From: Xanthobacteraceae bacterium
GTDB taxonomy: Bacteria > Pseudomonadota > Alphaproteobacteria > Rhizobiales > Xanthobacteraceae
Assembly (NCBI GenBank): GCA_035574295.1
Contig: DATLYX010000125.1
Span: 1-32,000, forward strand
Reading direction: 5' to 3'
DNA length: 32,000 nt
Each line of letters begins with the position of its first letter. Positions within the stretch are counted from its first letter, which is position 1. The translations under genes and the position numbers were made by a program. Under the pieces are notes generated by a model, which worked only from the letters and a program-made list of their open reading frames with translations, was not told the DNA's origin and did no database searches. Shown one piece after another: positions 15,860-23,547 of this stretch.

Positions 15860-18800
15860 ATGGCGACGCTTCTTCTGACCGTCGGCGCGAGCGCGCTCGC
15901 GACGAGCGCGGGGCTCGGCACCTTCGCCGCGCTCGGCCTCAGAACCGCGGCGGTGCTCGCCGGCAGCTTCATCGACAATCGCCTGTTCGGCCTTGGCGGC
16001 GGGAATCAGCACATCGAGGGGCCGCGGCTCGACAATCTGCAAGTGCAGGCCTCGACCGAGGGCGCGCCGATGCCGGAGGTCGCCGGCCGCGTACGGCTTG
16101 CCGGCCAGATCATCTGGGCCACGAGGTTCCGCGAGGTCGCGACCACCACCACGCAGGAAATGGGCGGTGGCAAGGGCGGCGGCGGCGGCACCGTCACGCA
16201 GACGACCTACGCCTATTTCGCCAACTTCGCGGTGGCGCTGTGCGAAGGGCCGATCGATCGGGTCGGGCGCATCTGGGCCGACGGAAAACCGCTCGATACC
16301 GCCAACATCGTGATGCGGGTCTATCGCGGCACGGCTGACCAGATGCCCGACCCGCTGATCGAGGGCGTCGAAGGTGCCGGCAACGCGCCGGCCTATCGGG
16401 GGACGGCCTACGTGGTGTTCGAAAACCTCGCGCTCGAAAAGTTCGGCAACCGCATTCCGCAGCTCAACTTCGAGGTCTTCCGCCGCGTTTCCCCCAGCGA
16501 CGGCACCGGCGTCGAGGACCTCGTCAAGGCGATCACGATCATCCCGAGCTCGGGCGAGCGGGTGTACGACCCCGTCGTGCACACCCGCGATCTCGGCGGC
16601 GGCGCGAGCGCTCCGGAGAACCGGTTCGCCGGGAGGGAGCGCGCGGACTGGACGGTCGCCATCGACGACCTTGAGGCGTCGCTGCCGAACGTGAACACGG
16701 TCCTGCTTGTCGTCGGCTGGTTCGGGGACGATCTGCGTGTTGGCGCCTGCACCGTGCGGCCGAAGGTCGAGGTGCCGAACAAGATGACCGCTCCCTACGC
16801 CTGGCAGGTGCACACCCTGACGCGCGCGGCCGCACAGATCGTGAGCACCGTCGATGGCCGGCCGGCCTACGGCGGCACGCCGTCCGACGACTCGGTCGTG
16901 CGGGCGATCCGCGATCTCAAGGCGCGCGGACTGTCGGTGATCTTCTATCCGTTCCTGCACATGGACATTCCGGCCGAGAACACGCTGCCTAATCCTTGGA
17001 CCGGGAGCATCGGTCAGCCGGCCCATCCCTGGCGCGGGCGCATCACCTGCGACCCGGCGCCCGGGCAGCCGGGCACCGTCGACCAGACCGCCGCCGCAGC
17101 CGCGCAGGTCGCAAGCTTCTTCGGCACGGTGACGCGCAATCAGGTCAACGTCTCGGTCAATCCATCCACCAACGAGGTAACCACGACCTACACGGGGCCC
17201 GCCGAATGGAGCTACCGCCGCTTCATCCTGCACTGCGCACGGCTCTGCGCCGCGATCAACGCGGTCGATCCGGGCGCGGTCGACGCCTTTCTGATCGGCT
17301 CCGAGCTGCGCGCGCTCTGCGCCGTGCGCGACAGCGCGACCCACTTCCCGGCCGTGGATCACTTGAAGGCGCTCGCAACCGATGCCAAGGCGATCCTGGG
17401 ATCGGGCGTGAAGGTCGGCTATTCCGCCGACTGGTCGGACTACAACCGCTATCAGCCGGGCGGCGACGAGCTCTTCTTTCATCTCGATCCGCTCTGGGCC
17501 GACCCGAACGTCGATTTCGTCGGGGTGGACGTCTACGTGCCGCTCTCCGACTGGCGCGACGGCAACGCGCATCTCGACGCGCTCACGGGCCACGCCTCGA
17601 TCTACGACCGCGATTATCTGCAGGCGAACATCGAAGGCGGCGAGTTCTACGACTGGTTCTACGCATCGCAAGCCGACCGCGATGCGCAAATTCGCACGCC
17701 GATCACCGACGGCGCCTACGGCAAGCCGTGGGTCTGGCGCGCCAAGGACTTCCGCAATTGGTGGCTCAACCCGCACTACGACCGGCCCGGCGGCGTCGAG
17801 AATGCGACGCCGACCGCCTGGGTGCCGCAATCGAAGCCGATCTGGTTCACCGAGTTCGGCGTGCCGTCCATCGATCGCGGCACCAATCAGCCGAACGTCT
17901 TCTTCGACCCCAAATCGTCCGAGAGCGCGCTACCCTACTACTCGCGCGGAAACCGTGACGACCTGATCCAGCGCCGCGCCATCGAGGCGATGCTCTCCTA
18001 CTGGTCCGGCGCCAACAATCCGGTCTCGACCGCCTACGGCGGGCCGATGATCGAACGGATCGCGGTCTGGACCTGGGACGCCCGACCCTATCCCGCCTGG
18101 CCGGCGCGCACGGATGCCTGGAGCGACGGCTCGCACTGGCCGGTCGGCCACTGGCTCAACGGCAAGATCGGCCTTGCCGATCTCGGCGCGCTGGTCGCCG
18201 AGCGCTGCCAGCGCGTCGGCTTTACGACCGTCGATGTGAATGCGCTCGCCGGTGTCGTGGTGGGTTATGTGCGCGACCGGCCGATGGCGCCGCGCGCCGA
18301 GATCGAGATGCTGATGTCCGCTTTCTCCTTCGACGCGGTTGAAAGCGAAGGTCTGATCCGTTTCGTGCCGCGCGGCCGCAATCCGGTGGCCGAGGTCGTG
18401 CGGGATGCCTGCGTGCTGCCCGACCAGGGCGACGTCATCATGCTGGCCCGCTCCCAGGAAACGGACCTGCCGGACGTGGTGTCTGTGACCTTCATCGACG
18501 GGGCCTCGGACTACGCATCAGGCACGATCTCGGCGAGCCGCCTTGCCGGCTATTCCGAGCGCAAGAGCGATGCAAGCTTCGCGCTGGTCATGGATGCGAC
18601 GCAGGCGCAGACAATTGCCGACCGGATGCTGGCCGAAGCCTGGATCGGTCGCGAGACAGCGCGCCTTGCCCTTCCGCCGTCCTTCATCGCCTTCGATCCG
18701 GGTGACGTGATCGAGATCGTGGTCGATGAACGGCCGCGTGCTTTCCGCATCGACCGGATTCGCGATGCGGGCGCGCGCGAGATCGAGGCGCGGCGTGCCG

Positions 18801-19804
18801 AAGCCGCCGTCTACGGCCCGCCGCTTCCCGGCATCGAGCCGCCGACAATCAGCACCCCGCCCGTCTATGGCGCCGCAATCCTGCGGATCATGGACTTGCC
18901 GATAGTGCGCGAAACCGACGTGCCGTGGGCGCCCTATGCGGCGGCCTCGGCCTCGCCCTGGTCCGGCATCGTCGTGCTCGACAGCGCAACCGGCACCGGC
19001 TTCGCGCTCGACACTACGCTCCCCGTGCGCGCGATCATGGGCGAGACGCTTGCCCCCTTCGGCGCCGGCCCCACCGCCTATTGGGACCGCACGAACGTTC
19101 TTGCGCTCAAGCTCTATGCCGGCGAGCTCGCGAGCCGTTCCGAGGACGACATTCTCTCCGGCGGGGCGAATGCGCTCGCCATTCAGAACCCAGATGGCGA
19201 CTGGGAGATCGTGCAGTTCAGCCAGGCGGAGCTCGCCGGAAGCGGCACATATAATGTATCGACGCTCCTGCGCGGCCGGCTCGGCACCGAGCACGCCATG
19301 CGCTTGCCGCTGCCCGCCGGCGCGCCGGTCGTGCTGCTCGATGGTGCGATTTCCCAGCTCCAGACGACGCTCGCCGAACGCGGTCAGGCGCGCTTCTACC
19401 GCTGGGGGCCGCCCGGGATCGACCTTTCGGACCCCGCCTGGCAGCAGGCGACCTTCACTGCCCGCGCGGTCGGGCTCATGCCCTGGGCGCCGGTCCATGT
19501 CCGCGGCACGCGCAACGGCGCGGGCGATCTCACCATCACGTGGGTGCGGCGCACCCGCCTCGGCGGCGTCTGGGCCGATGGTACGGACGTGCCGCTCAAC
19601 GAGGAGAGCGAGCGCTACGAGGTCGACGTCCTTGACGGCGCTGGCGCGGCGAAGCGCACCATTGCCGTCACCGCGCCAGCGGCGACGTACACCGCCGCCG
19701 AGCAGATCGCCGACTTCGGCGCGCCGCAGGCTTCGATCGCGATCAAGGTCTATCAGCTTTCCGCCACCGTCGGCCGCGGCCGGCCCGCGGCGGTCACACT
19801 CTGA
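15860..19804 (+). CDS. Host-specificity / central tail (megatron) protein with TIM-barrel-like glycoside-hydrolase domain (RcGTA g15-like)
   Basis: 1314 aa. It has an N-terminal hydrophobic segment, then the conserved block PMPEVAGRVRLAGQIIWATRF...YAYFANFAVALCEGPI...IWADGKP. A central region is typical of the GTA TIM-barrel-like domain (FYPFLHMDIP..., WFTEFGVPSIDRGTNQPNVF). Confidence 0.85.
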   Translation: MATLLLTVGASALATSAGLGTFAALGLRTAAVLAGSFIDNRLFGLGGGNQHIEGPRLDNLQVQASTEGAPMPEVAGRVRLAGQIIWATRFREVATTTTQEMGGGKGGGGGTVTQTTYAYFANFAVALCEGPIDRVGRIWADGKPLDTANIVMRVYRGTADQMPDPLIEGVEGAGNAPAYRGTAYVVFENLALEKFGNRIPQLNFEVFRRVSPSDGTGVEDLVKAITIIPSSGERVYDPVVHTRDLGGGASAPENRFAGRERADWTVAIDDLEASLPNVNTVLLVVGWFGDDLRVGACTVRPKVEVPNKMTAPYAWQVHTLTRAAAQIVSTVDGRPAYGGTPSDDSVVRAIRDLKARGLSVIFYPFLHMDIPAENTLPNPWTGSIGQPAHPWRGRITCDPAPGQPGTVDQTAAAAAQVASFFGTVTRNQVNVSVNPSTNEVTTTYTGPAEWSYRRFILHCARLCAAINAVDPGAVDAFLIGSELRALCAVRDSATHFPAVDHLKALATDAKAILGSGVKVGYSADWSDYNRYQPGGDELFFHLDPLWADPNVDFVGVDVYVPLSDWRDGNAHLDALTGHASIYDRDYLQANIEGGEFYDWFYASQADRDAQIRTPITDGAYGKPWVWRAKDFRNWWLNPHYDRPGGVENATPTAWVPQSKPIWFTEFGVPSIDRGTNQPNVFFDPKSSESALPYYSRGNRDDLIQRRAIEAMLSYWSGANNPVSTAYGGPMIERIAVWTWDARPYPAWPARTDAWSDGSHWPVGHWLNGKIGLADLGALVAERCQRVGFTTVDVNALAGVVVGYVRDRPMAPRAEIEMLMSAFSFDAVESEGLIRFVPRGRNPVAEVVRDACVLPDQGDVIMLARSQETDLPDVVSVTFIDGASDYASGTISASRLAGYSERKSDASFALVMDATQAQTIADRMLAEAWIGRETARLALPPSFIAFDPGDVIEIVVDERPRAFRIDRIRDAGAREIEARRAEAAVYGPPLPGIEPPTISTPPVYGAAILRIMDLPIVRETDVPWAPYAAASASPWSGIVVLDSATGTGFALDTTLPVRAIMGETLAPFGAGPTAYWDRTNVLALKLYAGELASRSEDDILSGGANALAIQNPDGDWEIVQFSQAELAGSGTYNVSTLLRGRLGTEHAMRLPLPAGAPVVLLDGAISQLQTTLAERGQARFYRWGPPGIDLSDPAWQQATFTARAVGLMPWAPVHVRGTRNGAGDLTITWVRRTRLGGVWADGTDVPLNEESERYEVDVLDGAGAAKRTIAVTAPAATYTAAEQIADFGAPQASIAIKVYQLSATVGRGRPAAVTL

Positions 19805-19814
19805 GGTCCGTCCC

Positions 19815-21176
19815 ATGCCGACGCCCAATCTCGGTCTGCCCTTCATTGCCCAGGGGCAGGCGCAGAAGGAGGTCACCCACAACGAGGCGCTGCGCATCCT
19901 CGACACCCTGGTGCAGCTCGCGGTGCTCGACCGCGATCTCTCCGCGCCACCCGGATCGCCGAGCGAAGGCCAGCGCTGGATCGTGGGCGCGTCGCCCACC
20001 GGCGCCTGGGCCGGACATGCGAACCATATCGCCGCCTGGCAGGACGGCGCCTGGCAGTTCAGCGTGCCGAAGATCGGCTGGCTCGCCTACGTCATCGATG
20101 AAGGCTCGCTGCTCGCATGGGACGGCAGCGCCTGGGTCGCGGCCCTTGAATTCGTACTCGACAATCTCAGCCACCTTGGCATCAATACGACCGCCGATGC
20201 CAACAACAGGCTGGCGGTGAAGAGCAACGGAGCGCTCTTCTCGCACGATGACGTCACGCCCGGCACGGGCGACATGCGCGTCAGTGTCAACAAGGCCACC
20301 GCGAACAAGGACGCAAGCTTCGTCTTCTACGACGCCTGGAGCCCGCGCGCCATGTTCGGGCTGCTTGCCGACGATGACTTCGTGCTCAAGACGTCGCCGG
20401 ACGGCGCGAGCTTCTTCAGCGCGGCGCGGGTCTTCAACTGGTGCGGCCGCGCCGACGTGCGCGATTCAGCCCGCCGGCGCTATGTCGAGTGGTTCCCCAA
20501 CGTCAATACCACGACCCTCAACGCTCAGGGGCTGACGTCGACCATCACCGGCACCGCCACCGCCGCGGCACTGTCCAACGTCAGCATGTTCGCGCAGAGC
20601 CCGCGGCTGATCTTCGCCTCCGCTGCTGCGGCTGGCTCATCGGCCGGGGTCAACGGCGCGCAGCTCATCGTCTGGCGGGGCAGCAGCGGCGACCGCGGCG
20701 GGTTCTATCTCCTGATGCGTTTCGGCTGGGAGACGCCGCAGGCGCAGGGCCGCTGCTTTGCGGGCCTGCGTGGCTCGACCGCGGCGATTGGCAACGTCAA
20801 CCCGAGCACGCTCACCGACATCATCGGGATCGGCTTCGACTCCGGCCAGACCACGATGCGCATTCTTTCCAACGATGCCTCTGGCACCGCGTCCGCTCTC
20901 GATCTCGGCGCGAACTTTACCTCGAACCAGGGGCATGACTTCTACGAGCTGATGCTCTCCGCCGAGCCGGGCGGCAGCGAGGTGAAATGGCGCGTCGAGC
21001 GGCTCAACAGCGGCCACATCGCGACGGGCACCATCAACGCGGATTTGCCCGCCGCCGGCACGTTCCTCACCCCGCATCTGTGGGGCAACAACGGAACGAC
21101 CGCCGCCGCCGTCCAGATCGCCCTTCACACCATGTACCTGGAAAACGCGAGCCTCTACGGCTCGCGCGGGTTCTGA
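19815..21176 (+). CDS. DUF2793-domain tail fibre / receptor-binding candidate
   Basis: The track ORF 18936-21176 is trimmed to the ATG at 19815. MPTPNLGLPFIAQGQAQKEVTHNEALRILDTLVQLAVLDRDL..PP.SPSEGQRWIV is the DUF2793 N-terminus. The C-terminal 300 aa are Ser/Thr/Gly/Ala/Asn-rich and beta-type. Confidence 0.75.
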   Translation: MPTPNLGLPFIAQGQAQKEVTHNEALRILDTLVQLAVLDRDLSAPPGSPSEGQRWIVGASPTGAWAGHANHIAAWQDGAWQFSVPKIGWLAYVIDEGSLLAWDGSAWVAALEFVLDNLSHLGINTTADANNRLAVKSNGALFSHDDVTPGTGDMRVSVNKATANKDASFVFYDAWSPRAMFGLLADDDFVLKTSPDGASFFSAARVFNWCGRADVRDSARRRYVEWFPNVNTTTLNAQGLTSTITGTATAAALSNVSMFAQSPRLIFASAAAAGSSAGVNGAQLIVWRGSSGDRGGFYLLMRFGWETPQAQGRCFAGLRGSTAAIGNVNPSTLTDIIGIGFDSGQTTMRILSNDASGTASALDLGANFTSNQGHDFYELMLSAEPGGSEVKWRVERLNSGHIATGTINADLPAAGTFLTPHLWGNNGTTAAAVQIALHTMYLENASLYGSRGF

Positions 21177-21213
21177 CACGCTCCGGTCACGCTCCCAGAA
21201 AAGGACGTCCGCC

Positions 21214-21504
21214 ATGACTCTCCCCCGGTCGGACGAGGATCACGTTCGCATGACCCAAGCCGAAATCGAGGAACTGCTCGCCCGCGCCGCCGAGCGTGGC
21301 GCACGCCGGGCGCTCGCCGACGTCGGACTCGAAGGCAAGGAGGCCGCGCTCGATATCCGCGATCTGCGCGCGCTCCTTGAATGCGTGCGTCTCGTGCGCC
21401 GGACCGTGGTGCAGACCATCGTGCGGCTGATCACCACCGGCATCCTGCTCGCGCTCCTCGCCGGCATCGCCGTCAAGCTGAAGCTGTTCGGCAACGGCTC
21501 TTGA
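21214..21504 (+). CDS. Small membrane protein, possible holin / lysis regulator
   Basis: 96 aa with a charged helical N-terminus and a single C-terminal TM segment (VVQTIVRLITTGILLALLAGIAV). It lies immediately upstream of the endolysin. The function is inferred from position only. Confidence 0.45.
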   Translation: MTLPRSDEDHVRMTQAEIEELLARAAERGARRALADVGLEGKEAALDIRDLRALLECVRLVRRTVVQTIVRLITTGILLALLAGIAVKLKLFGNGS

Positions 21505-21529
21505 TCTCGACGCAATGCAGGACGGCTGC

Positions 21530-21559
21530 GGCCCGCCTCCCCGGCGGGCCTTTTCGTTT
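21530..21559 (+). terminator. Rho-independent terminator-like hairpin inside the lysis cassette
   Basis: GGCCCGCC (21530-21537), loop TCCCC, GGCGGGCC (21543-21550), followed by TTTTCGTTT (21551-21559). Confidence 0.5.
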
Positions 21560-21571
21560 GGAGGACCACCC

Positions 21572-22261
21572 ATGACCCCGAAATGGTACCAGATCGCGAT
21601 GGCCGAGCTCGGCCAGCAGGAGTTCGCCGGCACCGCGCACAATCCGCGGATCGTCGAGTATCACCAGGCGACCGGGCTCCGCGCCGAGGACGATGAGATG
21701 CCCTGGTGCGGCGCCTTCGTCGCCTGGTGCCTCGGCGCGGCGGGTATCCCCTACGACAAGGCGTCGGCAGCCTCGGCACGCGCGTGGCTCGATTGGGGAC
21801 GCGCGCTCGAACACCCGACCATCGGTTGCGTGGTGGTGTTCTGGCGCGGGCGCCGCGACGGCTGGCAGGGCCATGTCGGCTTCTATGCAGGACGCGATGC
21901 GCAGGGTCGCATCCTGGTGCTCGGCGGCAATCAGGGCAACGCGGTGAGCGTGCGCCCGTACTCCGCCGATCAGCTCCTCGGCTATCGCTGGCCCGCGAGC
22001 GTGCCGCTGCCGCCAGACATTCAGCCCCTGCGCCAATCGGGTGTCGTCCAGGGCAGCACTGTCGCCGCGGCAAGCGGCGCCGCGGTCGTTGCCGAGAACC
22101 TGCCGATGCTCGTGAGCGACCTCGAGCGCGCCGACGGCCATCTCCAGGCCGGTACGCTCTTCGGGGTCGTCATCGGCCTGCTGATCATCGCCGGCGCCGG
22201 TTGGGCGCTGTGGCAGCGCATCCGTGCCGCGCGCGAGCTGCGCGATGGAGTAGCGCCATGA
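21572..22261 (+). CDS. Peptidoglycan hydrolase (TIGR02594 / CHAP-NlpC-like family), endolysin candidate with C-terminal TM segment
   Basis: ATG at 21572 with a GGAGGA SD. WYQIAMAELGQQEFAGTAHNPRIVEYHQATGL...DEMPWCGAFVAWCL...GHVGFY...LGGNQGNAVS matches the TIGR02594 pattern. The C-terminus carries LFGVVIGLLIIAGAGWALW. Confidence 0.8.
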   Translation: MTPKWYQIAMAELGQQEFAGTAHNPRIVEYHQATGLRAEDDEMPWCGAFVAWCLGAAGIPYDKASAASARAWLDWGRALEHPTIGCVVVFWRGRRDGWQGHVGFYAGRDAQGRILVLGGNQGNAVSVRPYSADQLLGYRWPASVPLPPDIQPLRQSGVVQGSTVAAASGAAVVAENLPMLVSDLERADGHLQAGTLFGVVIGLLIIAGAGWALWQRIRAARELRDGVAP

Positions 22262-22503
22262 TCTCCTGGATTCTCTCGCCTGCCTGGGTGCGACGGCTCG
22301 GTCTCTGGATAGGCGCCGTCATCGCAGCCCTTGCGGCCGTCGTCGCCATCCGCCGGTCCGGCGAGCGCGCCGGCCGCCTCGAGGAACGCCTCAACCAACA
22401 GAAGGAAATCGCCGATGCCGAACGTCGGATGCTGGATGCCGCGCGCGATCGCCCTCGTGATCGCGACGAGCTTGCTCGCCGCCTGCGCGACGGCTCGTTC
22501 TGA
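22258..22503 (+). CDS. i-spanin-like protein
   Basis: The ATG at 22258 overlaps the endolysin stop (ATGA). The product is 81 aa with an N-terminal TM (LGLWIGAVIAALAAVVAI) followed by a charged coiled-coil region. The rest of track ORF 21706-22503 is an off-frame artefact. Confidence 0.55.
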   Translation: MISWILSPAWVRRLGLWIGAVIAALAAVVAIRRSGERAGRLEERLNQQKEIADAERRMLDAARDRPRDRDELARRLRDGSF

Positions 22504-22669
22504 CCGGCCCGCCGGCGTCGTCTGCCCGCCGGTCCCCGTCTACAGCAAACCATTCCTCAAACGCGCCGCCGACGAGCTCGACCGCCTGCCGTCGGGATCG
22601 GCGATCGAGCAGATGCTCGCCGACTATCAGGTCATGCGGGACCAGGCGCGGACGTGCCGGCGAGATTAG
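22415..22669 (+). CDS. o-spanin-like lipoprotein, overlapping the i-spanin gene in another frame
   Basis: ATG at 22415 with AAGGAA 7 nt upstream; an alternative ATG lies at 22436. The signal peptide has the lipobox SLLAAC. The short mature part is Pro/Cys-containing. It overlaps the 3' end of the i-spanin gene (overlapped spanin architecture). Confidence 0.6.
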   Translation: MPNVGCWMPRAIALVIATSLLAACATARSDRPAGVVCPPVPVYSKPFLKRAADELDRLPSGSAIEQMLADYQVMRDQARTCRRD

Positions 22670-22700
22670 GGCTTGATGGCATAAAAGGTGGCCTTCGCTG

Positions 22701-23525
22701 CTATGCCCTTGGTGGCATGCGGGCCGCATCCAGCCGGCGATGAATGAGGGATGCCAGAGACAAGAGATCCTCGGCATCGGCCTTGTTCATGACCCAATGG
22801 ATGCGAGGGGCATGCGCTGTCGGGTTCCGGAACATTCCGAAGACGCCCTTGACGAGGTTGGCGAAACCGCGCTGTTCGCCCCGCTCGCTCTCGGAGCTGA
22901 GATCGTTGATCGCCAGCATTGGAAGATCGCCGCCGAGAGCACGATCGACGAGAACGGCTCCGTCGTCAGCGAGGCCAGTGCGGGCGCGCAGCTTGTCAGC
23001 GATGCTCTTGGTCGCCTCCAGGACCGCATGAAAATAATCGTCTGCCACCAGCTCAGCTCGACAGAAACGCAGCACGTCCGGGTGGACGCCGCGCGCGGTC
23101 AGGTCATCCTTCAGTTCCTGGGCCCGGCGCTCAGCCTCTGAGAGCGTTCGCGCCCGCTCGGCCGAACTCAGTGTCCCGGCGGCGTCGACGGCGAGCCCGG
23201 CAAATGAGAGCGCACGATTGAGGTTGGTGCGCATCGGCTCGAAGCGCTCGGGACAGCGGGCATAGCGCTCAGGCTTCATGGCATGGCGGATGAACGCCAG
23301 GATGGCCCGCCGATCTTGACGGCTGTTCTGGCTTTCTGCGAAGGCGTTAAAGAGGCGATGTCGCTTGGTCATATTCGGGGTCGGATCAGCCATACGGCAC
23401 GTCGCCAGGAGATGGGCGATTTCAGATCCGGTGAGGCCTTCGCTTGTGTCTGCGAGCGCTGCAGCAATGGCCTCGAGCTGGCTTTGAGTGAAGAGCGGCG
23501 GAACGTCGTTCACTTGCGATCCCAC
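22701..23525 (-). CDS. TIGR02391 (Hypoth_Ymh) domain protein, last gene of defence operon
   Basis: The C-terminal DDYFHAVLEATKSIADKLR...ERGEQRGFANLVKGVFGMFRNPTAHAPRIHW...DAEDLLSLASLIHRRLD is the TIGR02391 signature. The track start at 23777 overlaps the upstream gene in an Arg-rich junk frame. I prefer GTG 23525 (AAGGACGG upstream), or GTG 23513. Confidence 0.75.
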   Translation of the reverse strand: MGSQVNDVPPLFTQSQLEAIAAALADTSEGLTGSEIAHLLATCRMADPTPNMTKRHRLFNAFAESQNSRQDRRAILAFIRHAMKPERYARCPERFEPMRTNLNRALSFAGLAVDAAGTLSSAERARTLSEAERRAQELKDDLTARGVHPDVLRFCRAELVADDYFHAVLEATKSIADKLRARTGLADDGAVLVDRALGGDLPMLAINDLSSESERGEQRGFANLVKGVFGMFRNPTAHAPRIHWVMNKADAEDLLSLASLIHRRLDAARMPPRA

Positions 23526-23547
23526 TGGCAATCCGTCCTTGCCGGAC

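Larger units (their letters stand above)
1..22669 (+). mobile_element. Prophage late region (head, tail and lysis modules); left end lies beyond the window
   Basis: Continuous + strand string of terminase, gpW, portal, protease, decoration, capsid, neck, tail tube, frameshifted chaperone, tape measure, distal tail, fibre and lysis genes, mostly with overlapping or short junctions. No integrase, att site or replication genes are visible, so the boundaries are undefined. The right limit is set at the o-spanin stop; the defence operon beyond may or may not belong to the element. Confidence 0.85.

Noticed and set aside
16175-16189. (GGC)5 repeat as a possible phase-variable simple sequence repeat
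   Set aside because: It is a triplet repeat, so it keeps the reading frame. It simply encodes a Gly run (GGGKGGGGGT) in the tail protein and is too short to be contingency-locus-like.
15791-19999. Minus-strand ORFs 15791-17830 (679 aa) and 18518-19999 (493 aa)
   Set aside because: They are antisense to the 1314 aa host-specificity gene and the DUF2793 gene. Their composition is typical of high-GC shadows.
14097-21571. Track ORF starts at 14097, 15265, 18936 and 21515, and the bulk of ORF 21706-22503
   Set aside because: These upstream extensions lie out of frame over the preceding genes. Family-typical N-termini and SD sequences support starts at 14541, 15412, 19815, 21572 and 22258.
22670-22710. 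Weak inverted repeat GGCATA...TATGCC between the spanin and the defence operon, considered as a bidirectional terminator or att core
   Set aside because: It has only 6 bp arms with a loop of about 20 nt and no flanking T/A runs. No second copy in the window supports an att repeat.
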